Shown here one piece after another: positions 17,639 to 27,618 of a stretch of 64,000 nucleotides of DNA (position 1 is its first letter; each line of letters opens with the position of its first letter). Below the pieces are notes generated by a model that saw nothing but the letters and a program-made list of their open reading frames with translations, did not search any database and was not told the DNA's origin. The stretch comes from an archaeon (lineage in GTDB: Archaea > Nanobdellota > Nanobdellia > Woesearchaeales > GW2011-AR9), in NCBI GenBank assembly GCA_030704845.1, contig JAUYKZ010000001.1:621-64620 (forward strand). Direction: 5' to 3'. A program made the translations under genes and the position numbers.

Positions 17639-18034
17639 TTAATTAATCCTTTCATCTATATCTTTGGCAACTTCTTGTAGTTCTCTAAAGATATTTTCCA
17701 TATCCACTTTGATATCTTTTACAATATTCAATAAATGTTGTTCTCTAAGAATATAGCCTCCCTTAATGCGGACTACAATTCCTGTGTCCATCAGTTTTGT
17801 AAGGTGGTGAACTACGGTCCCTCGACTTAAATGAAGTTGTTCAGCAATATCATCTGAAGTTGCCGTCCTTTCTCTTTTTGCATTTTTTACTAATGTAATA
17901 AACACTCTGAAGCAACTACTATCTTTGTCTCGTAGATTAAAAAGACCTAAAGAATTTCCCAACCATTGTAACTCCTGATTGATATTTCCTTCTTCTTTTC
18001 TTCTTAGCTTCAAAATGGTTATTTTAGTTGCCAT
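17639..18034 (-). CDS. Winged-helix transcriptional regulator
   Basis: HTH segment TSDDIAEQLHLSRGTVVHHLTKLMDTGIV. Divergent from grpE. Confidence 0.8.
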   Translation of the reverse strand: MATKITILKLRRKEEGNINQELQWLGNSLGLFNLRDKDSSCFRVFITLVKNAKRERTATSDDIAEQLHLSRGTVVHHLTKLMDTGIVVRIKGGYILREQHLLNIVKDIKVDMENIFRELQEVAKDIDERIN

Positions 18035-18109
18035 TTTAAAAGATAATGAACTCTCCTTTTTTAACTTTTCTCCAAAAGGTTTAAATATAAGTATTGTCCC
18101 AGAGCAACC

Positions 18110-18652
18110 ATGTCGAGCTTAAATCAACAAGAACCTGAAGAAAATGGCGGAGAATCTCCTAAAAATGAAGGAGAAACATCGTCTGATGAACTGAACGAAC
18201 TGAAAGAACTTCTCCAACGAACGCAGGCAAATTTTGAGAATTATCGAAAACAGACTGAGAAGCGGGTTGAAGAAATGATTCAAATAGCTACAAAAGGAAT
18301 AATCGCTCAAATTTTACCAATTCTTGATAATTTTGAGTTGGCCTTACAAACTGCTGAAACATCTTCGGAACAACCAGAATTCGTTCAAGGAATTACTTTG
18401 ATTCATTCCCAGTTAACCAAAACTCTCAAAGATAACGGGGTTAAAGAAATTAAGGTAGAAGGAACATTTGATCCGCATATTCATGAAGCATTAATGAAGA
18501 TGCCTTCGGAACTTCCAGAGAATTCAATCGTTGGGATTATTCAGAAAGGTTACACTCTTCATGGTAAGCTTTTACGTCCAGCAAGAGTAACATTAAGTGC
18601 AGGACAAATAAAATCAACAGACGAACAGAACAAAACTAAAAATAAAAACTAA
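18110..18652 (+). CDS. grpE: Nucleotide exchange factor GrpE
   Basis: QANFENYRK, FDPHIHEA and QKGY..LLRPARV motifs. Confidence 0.95.
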   Translation: MSSLNQQEPEENGGESPKNEGETSSDELNELKELLQRTQANFENYRKQTEKRVEEMIQIATKGIIAQILPILDNFELALQTAETSSEQPEFVQGITLIHSQLTKTLKDNGVKEIKVEGTFDPHIHEALMKMPSELPENSIVGIIQKGYTLHGKLLRPARVTLSAGQIKSTDEQNKTKNKN

Positions 18653-18685
18653 AAATAAAAACTAATAATACTGGAGGAACATACA

Positions 18686-20557
18686 ATGACAAACGAACAA
18701 AAAGTAACAGGAGCAACAATTGGTATCGATTTAGGTACTACATTCTCTGCAATGGCAGTACTTGAAGGTGGAAAATCTACAATTATTACAAATTCTGAGG
18801 GAACAAGAACAACCCCAAGCGTAGTTCATATTAAAGATGGGGAAGTTATCGTCGGACAAATTGCCCGAAACCAGGCAATTATCGATCCAACTCATACCAT
18901 TAGATCTATTAAAAGAAAAATTGGAACTTCAGAGAAGATTAGGATAGATGATAAGGATTATACTCCTGAACAAATATCTGCAATGATTCTTCAGAAATTG
19001 AAACGGGATGCGGAAGCATATCTCGGTCAACCGGTAAAAAATGCGGTAGTTACCGTTCCAGCTTATTTCAATGATTCTCAACGTCAAGCAACAAAGAATG
19101 CTGGTGAAATTGCCGGTTTAAATGTTTTAAGAATTATTAACGAACCAACTGCTGCATCGTTAGCATATGGTTTAGATAAACAAGAAACAGAACATACTAT
19201 CTTAGTATTTGACTTTGGTGGCGGTACTTTTGACGTATCTATCCTTGAACTAGGAGATGGTATCTTTGAAGTAAAATCCACTAGCGGAGATAACCTGCTT
19301 GGTGGAGATGATGTTGATACCTTAATCATGGATTGGATTATGGGAAATTTCAAAAATTCAACCGGTATTGATTTAAGAAATGATCCTACAGCTATTCAAA
19401 GATTAAAAGAAGCTTCAGAGAAAGCTAAGATTGAATTATCTTCAAAGGCAAAAGTAGAGATAAGTATTCCATTTATCACTGCAGATCAGAATGGTCCAAA
19501 ACATATCAAAGAAGAATTGTCTAAAGCAAAATTCGAAGAATTAATTTCAGACATCTTAAGACGATTAGAAGGACCTGTTAAACAAGCATTGAAAGATGCA
19601 AGTTTAACTCCAGATAAACTTAATAAAGTAATTTTTGTCGGCGGTTCAACAAGAATCCCGGCTGTACAAGATTTAGTTAGAAAAATTACTGGCAAGGAAG
19701 GAGATAAATCTGTAAATCCGGATGAAGCTGTTGCAGTTGGTGCGGCAATTCAAGCGGGAGTTATCTCTGGGGATATCAAAGATGTTCTCTTACTTGACGT
19801 AACTCCATTAAGTTTTGGAATTGAAACTCTTGGGGGAGTATTCACAAAATTGATTGAAAGAAATACTACGATTCCGACAAAGAAATCTCAAGTATTCTCA
19901 ACAGCTGCCGATAATCAGCAAGCGGTAACAATCAGAGTTGCGCAAGGTGAACGTTCAATGTTTAATGATAACAAACACCTTGGTCAGTTCGATCTAATGG
20001 GAATCCCACCCGCTCCGCGAGGTGTACCTCAGATTGAAGTAGCTTTCGACATTGACGCTAACGGGATACTTAATGTAAGCGCAAAAGATATGGGTACTGG
20101 TAAAGAACAAAAAATCAAGATTACTGGTTCAAGTGCATTAAGTAAAGATGAAGTTGAAAAGATGCGACAAGATGCAGAACAAAATGCTGCTGACGATGAA
20201 AAAAAGAAAGCTAAAGTTGAAGCAGAAAATAATGCGGATGCAGTAGTTTATCAATCAAGAAAAGTCTTGGAAGAATTTAAAGATAAAGTTAACGAATCAA
20301 CCAAGACCAAAATTGAAGCAGCAATTGAAGCTGTTGAAAATTCCCGTAAAGATGGGAATGCTGAAGTGATTAACAAAAAAATTGAAGAATTAAACAAACT
20401 TATGCAGGAAATCGGTACTCAAATGTATCAAGAAGCTGCAGCACAACAACCTGAGCAAACTTCAGGAGAAGAAACGACTGGAAGTAATGCAAAAGATGAA
20501 AACATTGTTGATGCAGAGTTTAAAGAGAAAAAAGAGAAAAAAGAAGAGAAAGCTTAG
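18686..20557 (+). CDS. dnaK: Chaperone DnaK
   Basis: [23 protein letters not shown] and LLDVTPLS motifs. Confidence 0.98.
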   Translation: MTNEQKVTGATIGIDLGTTFSAMAVLEGGKSTIITNSEGTRTTPSVVHIKDGEVIVGQIARNQAIIDPTHTIRSIKRKIGTSEKIRIDDKDYTPEQISAMILQKLKRDAEAYLGQPVKNAVVTVPAYFNDSQRQATKNAGEIAGLNVLRIINEPTAASLAYGLDKQETEHTILVFDFGGGTFDVSILELGDGIFEVKSTSGDNLLGGDDVDTLIMDWIMGNFKNSTGIDLRNDPTAIQRLKEASEKAKIELSSKAKVEISIPFITADQNGPKHIKEELSKAKFEELISDILRRLEGPVKQALKDASLTPDKLNKVIFVGGSTRIPAVQDLVRKITGKEGDKSVNPDEAVAVGAAIQAGVISGDIKDVLLLDVTPLSFGIETLGGVFTKLIERNTTIPTKKSQVFSTAADNQQAVTIRVAQGERSMFNDNKHLGQFDLMGIPPAPRGVPQIEVAFDIDANGILNVSAKDMGTGKEQKIKITGSSALSKDEVEKMRQDAEQNAADDEKKKAKVEAENNADAVVYQSRKVLEEFKDKVNESTKTKIEAAIEAVENSRKDGNAEVINKKIEELNKLMQEIGTQMYQEAAAQQPEQTSGEETTGSNAKDENIVDAEFKEKKEKKEEKA

Positions 20558-20591
20558 AGCTTTCTCTTAAAACCAATTCGGAGGTACGAAA

Positions 20592-21020
20592 ATGGTAGAA
20601 AAATATAGAAGATTAGTAGATGGTTTAGAGAATAATCTAGACGAAGGGTTACAACATGGTGACCAAGGCGGAGTTCCACAATTTGATTATGGGGGAAGGT
20701 TACCTCAATATGGCGGTAGCGGAAGATATTCTAGTTCAAATTCATTAGATGGGAGATTGGGATTAGCTGGTTATGTGCACAAGATGTTAGATAATGACGA
20801 TTATTTCTCTGCATTAACTGCTGTTGATGCTTCGAATGGTTTAAACGAACCAGGCGTTTCTAATCGCATACTTTATGCAGCTTTAGCAATTTACGGTGCA
20901 ACAAGATTAGGTGATTTAGATAAAGGGTGTAAGGCATACAATCTAATGGAAACTCTCGTTGCTTACTGTGTTAAAAACGCGGGTGATCTATTAAAGGGGT
21001 CTGAACAATCAGATGAGTAA
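20592..21020 (+). CDS. Hypothetical protein inserted between dnaK and dnaJ
   Basis: 142-aa ORF with GAGGT RBS, overlapping the dnaJ start. Confidence 0.65.
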   Translation: MVEKYRRLVDGLENNLDEGLQHGDQGGVPQFDYGGRLPQYGGSGRYSSSNSLDGRLGLAGYVHKMLDNDDYFSALTAVDASNGLNEPGVSNRILYAALAIYGATRLGDLDKGCKAYNLMETLVAYCVKNAGDLLKGSEQSDE

Positions 21021-22122
21021 GAATTACTATGAACTCCTTGGTGTTGATAAAAAATCAACCAAGGAAGAAATAAAGAAAGCCTACAAAAAGTTGGCGATGA
21101 AATATCATCCAGATAGAGCGCCAACTGATAAAAAGGCTGAGTATGAAGAAAAGTTTAAAGAAATAAATGAAGCAGCTTCAGTTCTAGGTGACGAGAAAAA
21201 ACGTCAACAGTATGATCAATTTGGTTCTGCAGGTCCACAAAGTGGCGGTTTCCAACAAGGTTACGATTTCTCAGATATCATGTCGCAATTTCGTTCTGGT
21301 TCTTTCGGAGATTTTGGCGACGTCTTTGATCAAATTTTTGGTGGCGGAGGAAGAAGAAGTAATACTCGAGCACGAAGAGGTTCAGATTTATTATACGAAA
21401 CTGAAATAACTTTAGAAGATGCAGCTAAAGGTGCTTCTAAAACAATTCCGCTAAATAAATTGGAATATTGTTCTGATTGTCAGGGGAAAGGAGCTCATAA
21501 ATTTGAAAGTTGTCATCATTGTCATGGTTCAGGTCAGGTGAAACAAACTCAAAGAACTCCATTCGGAATTTTCCAACAAACTGGTCCATGTCCATATTGT
21601 CACAGTAAAGGTGAATTGCCACAAGATTCATGTTCTAGTTGTAACGGTGACGGTTTAGTCAGAAAAAGAAAAGAGATTGAAGTTTCAATCCCCGCAGGTA
21701 TTCAAACGGGGATGCGTTTAAGGGTAACTCGGGAAGGAGAAGTTGGAGAGAATGGTGGGCCTTCAGGAGATTTATATGTTCAAGTTTCCGTTAGTGAACA
21801 TCGTTATTTTAAGAGGAGAAATGATGATTTACATATCACTGTCCCTATATCATATTCACAAGCTGTAATTGGTGACGAAATTGAAGTGCCAACAATTAAA
21901 GGGACTGCCGAATTAAAAATTCCTGCAGGCACGGATTCAGAAACAATCTTTAGAATGAAAGATAAGGGAATGCCTCATTTACAAAGTTCTGGTCATGGCG
22001 ACCAGATGGTTAAGGTAAAAATAGAAGTTCCTAAAAAGATAAACAAGAAACAGAAAGATTTGATTTCTCAATTGAAAGAAGAAAAACCAATCAAGAATTT
22101 TTTAAAGAAAATATTTGGATAA
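21013..22122 (+). CDS. dnaJ: Chaperone DnaJ
   Basis: J-domain with HPD, G/F-rich region and four CxxCxG(x)G-type repeats. Confidence 0.97.
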   Translation: MSKNYYELLGVDKKSTKEEIKKAYKKLAMKYHPDRAPTDKKAEYEEKFKEINEAASVLGDEKKRQQYDQFGSAGPQSGGFQQGYDFSDIMSQFRSGSFGDFGDVFDQIFGGGGRRSNTRARRGSDLLYETEITLEDAAKGASKTIPLNKLEYCSDCQGKGAHKFESCHHCHGSGQVKQTQRTPFGIFQQTGPCPYCHSKGELPQDSCSSCNGDGLVRKRKEIEVSIPAGIQTGMRLRVTREGEVGENGGPSGDLYVQVSVSEHRYFKRRNDDLHITVPISYSQAVIGDEIEVPTIKGTAELKIPAGTDSETIFRMKDKGMPHLQSSGHGDQMVKVKIEVPKKINKKQKDLISQLKEEKPIKNFLKKIFG

Positions 22123-22540
22123 TAATATGAAGACTTACCAAACTGTCGGAATTATAGTTGTGGGTGTAGCTTTAGGGGTTTCTGCGTTATTTTGTGGATT
22201 GAGTTCTTATAATAATTATCACCTCTCTAACGAAAATCTAGTATCTAACTCCAGAGCGACAGGCTTTTATGATTTTACTGGCAAAATGGAATATACCCAG
22301 TTAGGGGATGGGTCTGAAGAGATCCAATTAAGAACAGAAAATGGTTCAAAGGTGGTGCTATATCAAAACTTAAATGGCGATGATACTGTTGATAGGATCA
22401 GAATTGAGAGGTATCAAACAAGGGACATTTTTAGATTAGAAGAAATTTTAATAAGGGCATTAAACTATCCTAAGCATGAATCTGAATTTAATCAAGCAGA
22501 TGAAATCTTACTAGAAGAAAGACAAAGATATTCACCGTAA
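22115..22540 (+). CDS. Hypothetical membrane-anchored protein
   Basis: N-terminal TM helix and NLNGDDTVD acidic loop. Confidence 0.6.
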   Translation: MDNNMKTYQTVGIIVVGVALGVSALFCGLSSYNNYHLSNENLVSNSRATGFYDFTGKMEYTQLGDGSEEIQLRTENGSKVVLYQNLNGDDTVDRIRIERYQTRDIFRLEEILIRALNYPKHESEFNQADEILLEERQRYSP

Positions 22541-22579
22541 TAACAATATTTAAATAACTCTAAATCTCCTATTACTTCT

Positions 22580-24286
22580 ATGGATTTTGAGAAACTAGTT
22601 GAGGTCTATGAAGAACTGGAAAAAACATCTTCAGGCAATGCCCTGCGGGAAATTCTATCCGGTTTCTTCAAGAAAGTTCCCGCGGAAGATATCGCTGTTA
22701 TCTCTTACTTAACTCTTGGCCAGATATCTTCCGATTACGATTCTTCGGTACTTGGTTTAGCTGAAAAATCTGTCTTGAAAGGAATTGCTAAAGCCGGCGG
22801 AATTAGCGAAAAAGAAGTTAAATTAATCATGGATAAAAAAGGGGACGTTGGATTGACAGCTGAACAAGTTTTACACAAAAAACCAAGAACTCTTGTTCCG
22901 GTTGGAAAACTTACGGTCAACGAATTATTTGAAAAATTAAATAAAATTGCTGTAACTAGCGGATCAGGATCCCAAGATCAAAAAACAAACATTCTCGTTT
23001 CTTTATTTCAGAAATCTTCTCCTATCGGCGCCAAATATATCGCACGGATGGTTTTAGGAACTTTAAGGATGGGCGTAGGCGATATGACAGTTATAGATTC
23101 ATTAACTATCGCTTTTACGGGAGATAAAAAGGGTAAAGAAGAAGTTGAGAAAGCTTACAACATTTGTCCAGATGTAGGAATTATTGCTGAAACTTTAGCC
23201 AAGCATGGTTTGAAAGGAATTAACAAAATTGATATTCATGTTGGAAGACCAATAAAAATGATGTTGGCTCAGCGTCTTAAATCACTCGACGAATTACCCA
23301 AAAAAATTGGTGAGAAATGGGCCGTTGAAGGAAAATATGATGGTGAAAGATTACAAGCTCATAAAGACAAGAATGGTAAAATAACTTTGTTCTCTAGAAA
23401 GTTAGATGACATCACATCTCAATTTCCCGATTTAGTTCGGTATTTAGAAAAACAGATCAAAGCAAAAGAATTTGTTGTTGAAGCTGAAGTTATTGCGATT
23501 GATGATCAAGGTAAACATCAACCATTTCAAGTTCTTATGCAAAGAAAAAGAAAACATGACATTGAAGAATATGTCAAAAAGATACCTGTTCAAGCGAAAA
23601 TGTTTGACGTCTTATATTATAATGGTAAATCTTATCTTCATGAATCTTATGAGAAGAGATATGAGATTCTTCATAAAATAGTTTCAAAGAGTAAAAATGT
23701 AACTTTAAGTGATCGCATTATAACTGATGATCTTAGCAAATTGAATGATTTCTTTAAACAGATGTTACATGAAAAATATGAAGGGGTTATGATTAAAGAT
23801 CTTAATGGAGAATATCAAGCCGGAACGCGAGGATGGAATTGGATTAAATGGAAAAAAGAATATGTGAAAGATTTGAGCGATACTTTTGATTTAGTTGTTA
23901 TTGGAGCATTCCATGGTCGAGGTAAAAGGGCGGGAGTTTATGGAGCTTTACTTTGTGCATCTTATAATCCTAAGAATGATCAGTTTGAAACTGTGTGTAA
24001 ACTTGGAACAGGTTTAACTGATGAAGCTCTCGCTGAATTACCGAATAGATTAGAGAAATATAAAGTTAATAAGAAGCCATCACGGGTTGTTATTTCAAAA
24101 GAGATGATACCCGACGTTTGGTTTGAACCTAAAGTTGTCGTCGAAGTTCTTGCTGCTGAGATTACAAAAAGCCCATATCACACTTGTGCAAATGGTTTAG
24201 CATTAAGATTCCCCAGATTTATTAGGTATCGTGAGAAAAAACCGGAACAAGCCACAACAAGTAAAGAGATTGAGGAGATGGCTTGA
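22580..24286 (+). CDS. lig: ATP-dependent DNA ligase
   Basis: EGKYDGER (motif I), EGVMIK, WIKWK and LRFPRF. Confidence 0.96.
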   Translation: MDFEKLVEVYEELEKTSSGNALREILSGFFKKVPAEDIAVISYLTLGQISSDYDSSVLGLAEKSVLKGIAKAGGISEKEVKLIMDKKGDVGLTAEQVLHKKPRTLVPVGKLTVNELFEKLNKIAVTSGSGSQDQKTNILVSLFQKSSPIGAKYIARMVLGTLRMGVGDMTVIDSLTIAFTGDKKGKEEVEKAYNICPDVGIIAETLAKHGLKGINKIDIHVGRPIKMMLAQRLKSLDELPKKIGEKWAVEGKYDGERLQAHKDKNGKITLFSRKLDDITSQFPDLVRYLEKQIKAKEFVVEAEVIAIDDQGKHQPFQVLMQRKRKHDIEEYVKKIPVQAKMFDVLYYNGKSYLHESYEKRYEILHKIVSKSKNVTLSDRIITDDLSKLNDFFKQMLHEKYEGVMIKDLNGEYQAGTRGWNWIKWKKEYVKDLSDTFDLVVIGAFHGRGKRAGVYGALLCASYNPKNDQFETVCKLGTGLTDEALAELPNRLEKYKVNKKPSRVVISKEMIPDVWFEPKVVVEVLAAEITKSPYHTCANGLALRFPRFIRYREKKPEQATTSKEIEEMA

Positions 24287-24293
24287 TTACTGT

Positions 24294-25283
24294 TTAAGAA
24301 ATTTCTAACAACCTAAACAACTCGCCAGTATCACTTCCAATAATCAAATCAGTTTTCTCTTTAATGATCTCGTTAGTTATAATCTCTGGGAATTGTAACG
24401 GATTATCACCACAAGAAGTTCCAGGCCGACATTGTGAAGAAGTATATCCCTGAAGTTCTTTCACAATTCTTAGAACACACTGTTCATTGCAATTATAATC
24501 TTCTTTTAAGCCCATAATCCATAATGCTCCTATTGTGTGAGAATCTCTTTTTTCCCTTTCACTTAAGGAGACATCTCCTTGTTTTAATCTTAAATAATAA
24601 TTGTTATCTAGCATGGATCCATCATCCATTCTTATACCTCCTGACGAAAGTAAATCCGTTCCAGTTTCTCTGAGGTATGCATCTCCTTTCTTAGCAAATT
24701 CTTTTGCATTACCCTCCAAATCCATTGCCACAACATCACAATTTACTCTTTCATTTACTTCAATCGCTATAGCTTCACTAAACCAGTTAGGATGTCCTCT
24801 TAACATGTAATATAAGAAGAAATGGGTTGTTTCATGTTCTTCAGCAATGATATCTGAAAGATCTTTCGCTACTTTCTCTCCAAATTGGGTGTTACCAAAA
24901 AGATTTGATTGAGAAATCCCAGACCAACTAGTACTCCCACCGGTAGTGCAGCAACATCCTTCTTCTTGTTCACATTCAGGTTTTTCAATTGATGATATTT
25001 TGTAAATAACTCTCGGTGCAGAGAACTGAAAATGGTTTTCTAGACATTGAACAACTTTGGTTTGTAATTGTAAATAATATTGTAACAATTCTGAATTGCA
25101 ATTGTTATCTTGGCATAACATTTCCACGTAGCTGTTACATAATTCTCCTTGGCATTGAGTTTCCGATAAAGTATCCGTTTTGGTTACTTTTTTAATCGGC
25201 TGATTTAATGTTGAATAACTTACGATAGCGACGATTATCAGTGCTAGAAATAACATTGCTAAGATTATTTTTTTCCATTTCAT
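24294..25283 (-). CDS. Membrane-anchored Cys-rich zinc metallopeptidase-like protein (gluzincin type)
   Basis: N-terminal TM, HETTH (HExxH) followed by WFSEAIA, multiple Cys. Confidence 0.65.
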   Translation of the reverse strand: MKWKKIILAMLFLALIIVAIVSYSTLNQPIKKVTKTDTLSETQCQGELCNSYVEMLCQDNNCNSELLQYYLQLQTKVVQCLENHFQFSAPRVIYKISSIEKPECEQEEGCCCTTGGSTSWSGISQSNLFGNTQFGEKVAKDLSDIIAEEHETTHFFLYYMLRGHPNWFSEAIAIEVNERVNCDVVAMDLEGNAKEFAKKGDAYLRETGTDLLSSGGIRMDDGSMLDNNYYLRLKQGDVSLSEREKRDSHTIGALWIMGLKEDYNCNEQCVLRIVKELQGYTSSQCRPGTSCGDNPLQFPEIITNEIIKEKTDLIIGSDTGELFRLLEIS

Positions 25284-25415
25284 TTTGATTAACAAGATGT
25301 TAATCATTTTATTTCTTTCTATTGATGATCATGGTGGTTTCATTCAGATTATGGAGTTATTGTTCACTCTTCAGTGTTTAGAAACATTTTTATAAGATTA
25401 TGTTTTCTGAATTTT

Positions 25416-25590
25416 TATTGTTTGCGGGAGAATTGATCTGAAATCGCTTTTTAACTTCGGTTGAGAAGTCTTTTGATGTGACACTTCGGACGCAGGCAAT
25501 ATAAAAGTTGCTCACGGGAGAATTGAATTGATATCGCTTTTTAACTTCGGTTGAAAAGTCTTTATTGATGATACTTCGGACGTGAGTAGC
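25416..25590 (+). ncRNA. Candidate structured ncRNA: two tandem ~85-nt stem-loop units
   Basis: 90-nt period. Closing stems TATTGTTTGCG/CGCAGGCAATA and GTTGCTCACG/CGTGAGTAGC. C-TTCG-G apical loops. TTTTTATA upstream and T-run downstream. Confidence 0.6.
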
Positions 25591-25696
25591 CTTTTTCTTT
25601 TGATGGATTTTTTAAGTCATGAGAAATTCGTCGAAAGCGTCTCAATCTGCTTAGCAATCCTAAACATTTTTAAAACTCGACATCTTTTTGATAGTA

Positions 25697-27514
25697 ATGT
25701 CTATAGATAAACTAGGTTTAACCTGCGGAATTGAAATCCACCAGCAATTAGATGGGAAAAAGTTGTTCTGTAATTCTCCAACAATTATTCGAGAAGATAA
25801 ACCTCATTTCAGGATAGTTCGTAAATTGAGAGCATCTGCTGGAGAATCTGGAATAATCGATGTTGCCGCAAAGCAGGAACAATCTCGAAACAGAAGATAT
25901 GTCTATGAAGGATATTATGATACTACCTGTCTTGTAGAAACTGATTCCGAACCTCCGCATGAAATTAATAAAGATTCATTATTAACCACTCTTCAATTTT
26001 GTAAGATAGTTAACGCCAGAATTTCTCCGGTTGTTCAAGTAATGAGAAAAATTGTTGTTGATGGGTCAAACACTTCCGGTTTTCAAAGAACAGCTTTAAT
26101 TGGCCGGGAAGGAATTCTTGCTACTAGTCTTGGTAATGTTGGGATTACCAACATCTCCTTGGAAGAAGATTCTTGTAAGATTATTAAAGATACTCCGGAA
26201 GAAAAAGTTTATCGTCTTGACCGGTTAGGAATCCCATTGATTGAAATTGGAACGGCTCCAGATATAAAATCACCCGAACATTGTTTAGAAACTGCAAAAA
26301 AGATAGGTATGCTTCTTAGATCTTTACCTTTTGTTAAAAGAGGTTTAGGTACTATTAGACAAGATGTTAACGTTTCAATTAAAGGGGGAACTAGGGTCGA
26401 AATTAAAGGTGCTCAAGATTTGCGCCAAATTCCGCAATTAGTAGAATTGGAAGCTAAACGACAGCATGAATTATTAGAACTAAAAAGAGAATTGAAAGGG
26501 AAAAAATTAAATTCTTTATCTCTGGTTGATTTGACTTCTGTTCTAGAAAAATCTCCGTCTAAAATTATTCAAAGAACGGTATCTAACGTTGGAAAAATTC
26601 TTGGTATTAAAGTGGCTGGATTTGCAGGTATTATTGGTAGAGAGTTACAACCGGGATATCGGGTGGGAACAGAGTTATCTGGAAGGGCAAAAATAAAAGC
26701 TGGTGTAGGCGGAATATTTCATTCAGATGAATTACCTAATTATGGAATTACTGAAAATGATGTTCTTTTAATTAGAAAAAAATTGAATTGTACAACCAAA
26801 GATGCGTTCATTATAGTTGCAGATAAAGAAACTAAAACTAAGATGGCTTTAGAAGCTGTATATGAACGTCTTGAAGAACTCTTTTTAGGTGTTCCTAAAG
26901 AAGTTAGGAAAGCTAACCAGGATGGCACAACGTCTTATCTACGTCCAATGCCTGGTGCTTCCAGAATGTATCCAGAAACAGATGTGCCTTTAATTTATCC
27001 AGATTTATCGGTAGTTGAACTTCCGGAATTATTAGAAGAAAAGATTTCTCGGTATCAAAAAAGATTAGGGTTAAGTGGCGATCTTGCTTCGTTTATAGCA
27101 AAATCTGACAAAGTGCTGTTATTTGAAGAATTGGTTAAAACTCATCCAAAACAGAAACCAGCATTTATTGCGGAAACTTTGATTTCGACTCCTCTTGAAA
27201 TGAAACGTAAATTTGAAGTTGATTCAGATTCACTTACTGAAGATAATTTCAGAGATCTATTTAGGTTCTTAGAAGAGGAAAAAATTCACAAGGATATTGT
27301 TCTTGATGTCCTTATTGACATGGCTAAGGGCCAATTTTCACTACAAAAATATGCTTCCCTTTCTACTGAAGATCTGCATAAAATCATCGCTGAAGTGGTT
27401 AACAGCAATCCTAAAGCACCTTTTGGAGCTCTCATGGGCCAATGCATGAAACAGTTAGCCGGAAAGGCTTCTGGAGAAGTAATTTCTAAAGAATTGAAGA
27501 GGATTTTAGGATAA
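25697..27514 (+). CDS. gatE: Glu-tRNA(Gln) amidotransferase subunit E
   Basis: GIEIHQQL, VVDGSNTSGFQRT, RGLGTIRQDVNVSI and PGASRMYPETD. Confidence 0.96.
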   Translation: MSIDKLGLTCGIEIHQQLDGKKLFCNSPTIIREDKPHFRIVRKLRASAGESGIIDVAAKQEQSRNRRYVYEGYYDTTCLVETDSEPPHEINKDSLLTTLQFCKIVNARISPVVQVMRKIVVDGSNTSGFQRTALIGREGILATSLGNVGITNISLEEDSCKIIKDTPEEKVYRLDRLGIPLIEIGTAPDIKSPEHCLETAKKIGMLLRSLPFVKRGLGTIRQDVNVSIKGGTRVEIKGAQDLRQIPQLVELEAKRQHELLELKRELKGKKLNSLSLVDLTSVLEKSPSKIIQRTVSNVGKILGIKVAGFAGIIGRELQPGYRVGTELSGRAKIKAGVGGIFHSDELPNYGITENDVLLIRKKLNCTTKDAFIIVADKETKTKMALEAVYERLEELFLGVPKEVRKANQDGTTSYLRPMPGASRMYPETDVPLIYPDLSVVELPELLEEKISRYQKRLGLSGDLASFIAKSDKVLLFEELVKTHPKQKPAFIAETLISTPLEMKRKFEVDSDSLTEDNFRDLFRFLEEEKIHKDIVLDVLIDMAKGQFSLQKYASLSTEDLHKIIAEVVNSNPKAPFGALMGQCMKQLAGKASGEVISKELKRILG

Positions 27515-27618
27515 AATAACCATCATTCTACAATCTCCAGATTAAAAACCTCGAAAGTGCCACTTGAAAGTGGTTAAAAAGCGGAAGGTTTATATACCAA
27601 AAGCTCTAAAAGTTAGAT

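Noticed and set aside
18630-18665. Short tandem repeat AAAACTAAAAAT at the grpE end (and TTTTTATTAC repeats near 16465)
   Set aside because: Low-complexity AT-rich slippage repeats with no evident function beyond possible termination.
25416-25590. CRISPR array or canonical glycine riboswitch
   Set aside because: Only two long units, with no unique spacers and no cas genes. The glycine-aptamer P2 hairpin, CCGAAG and CTCTCAGG elements are not properly present on the + strand.
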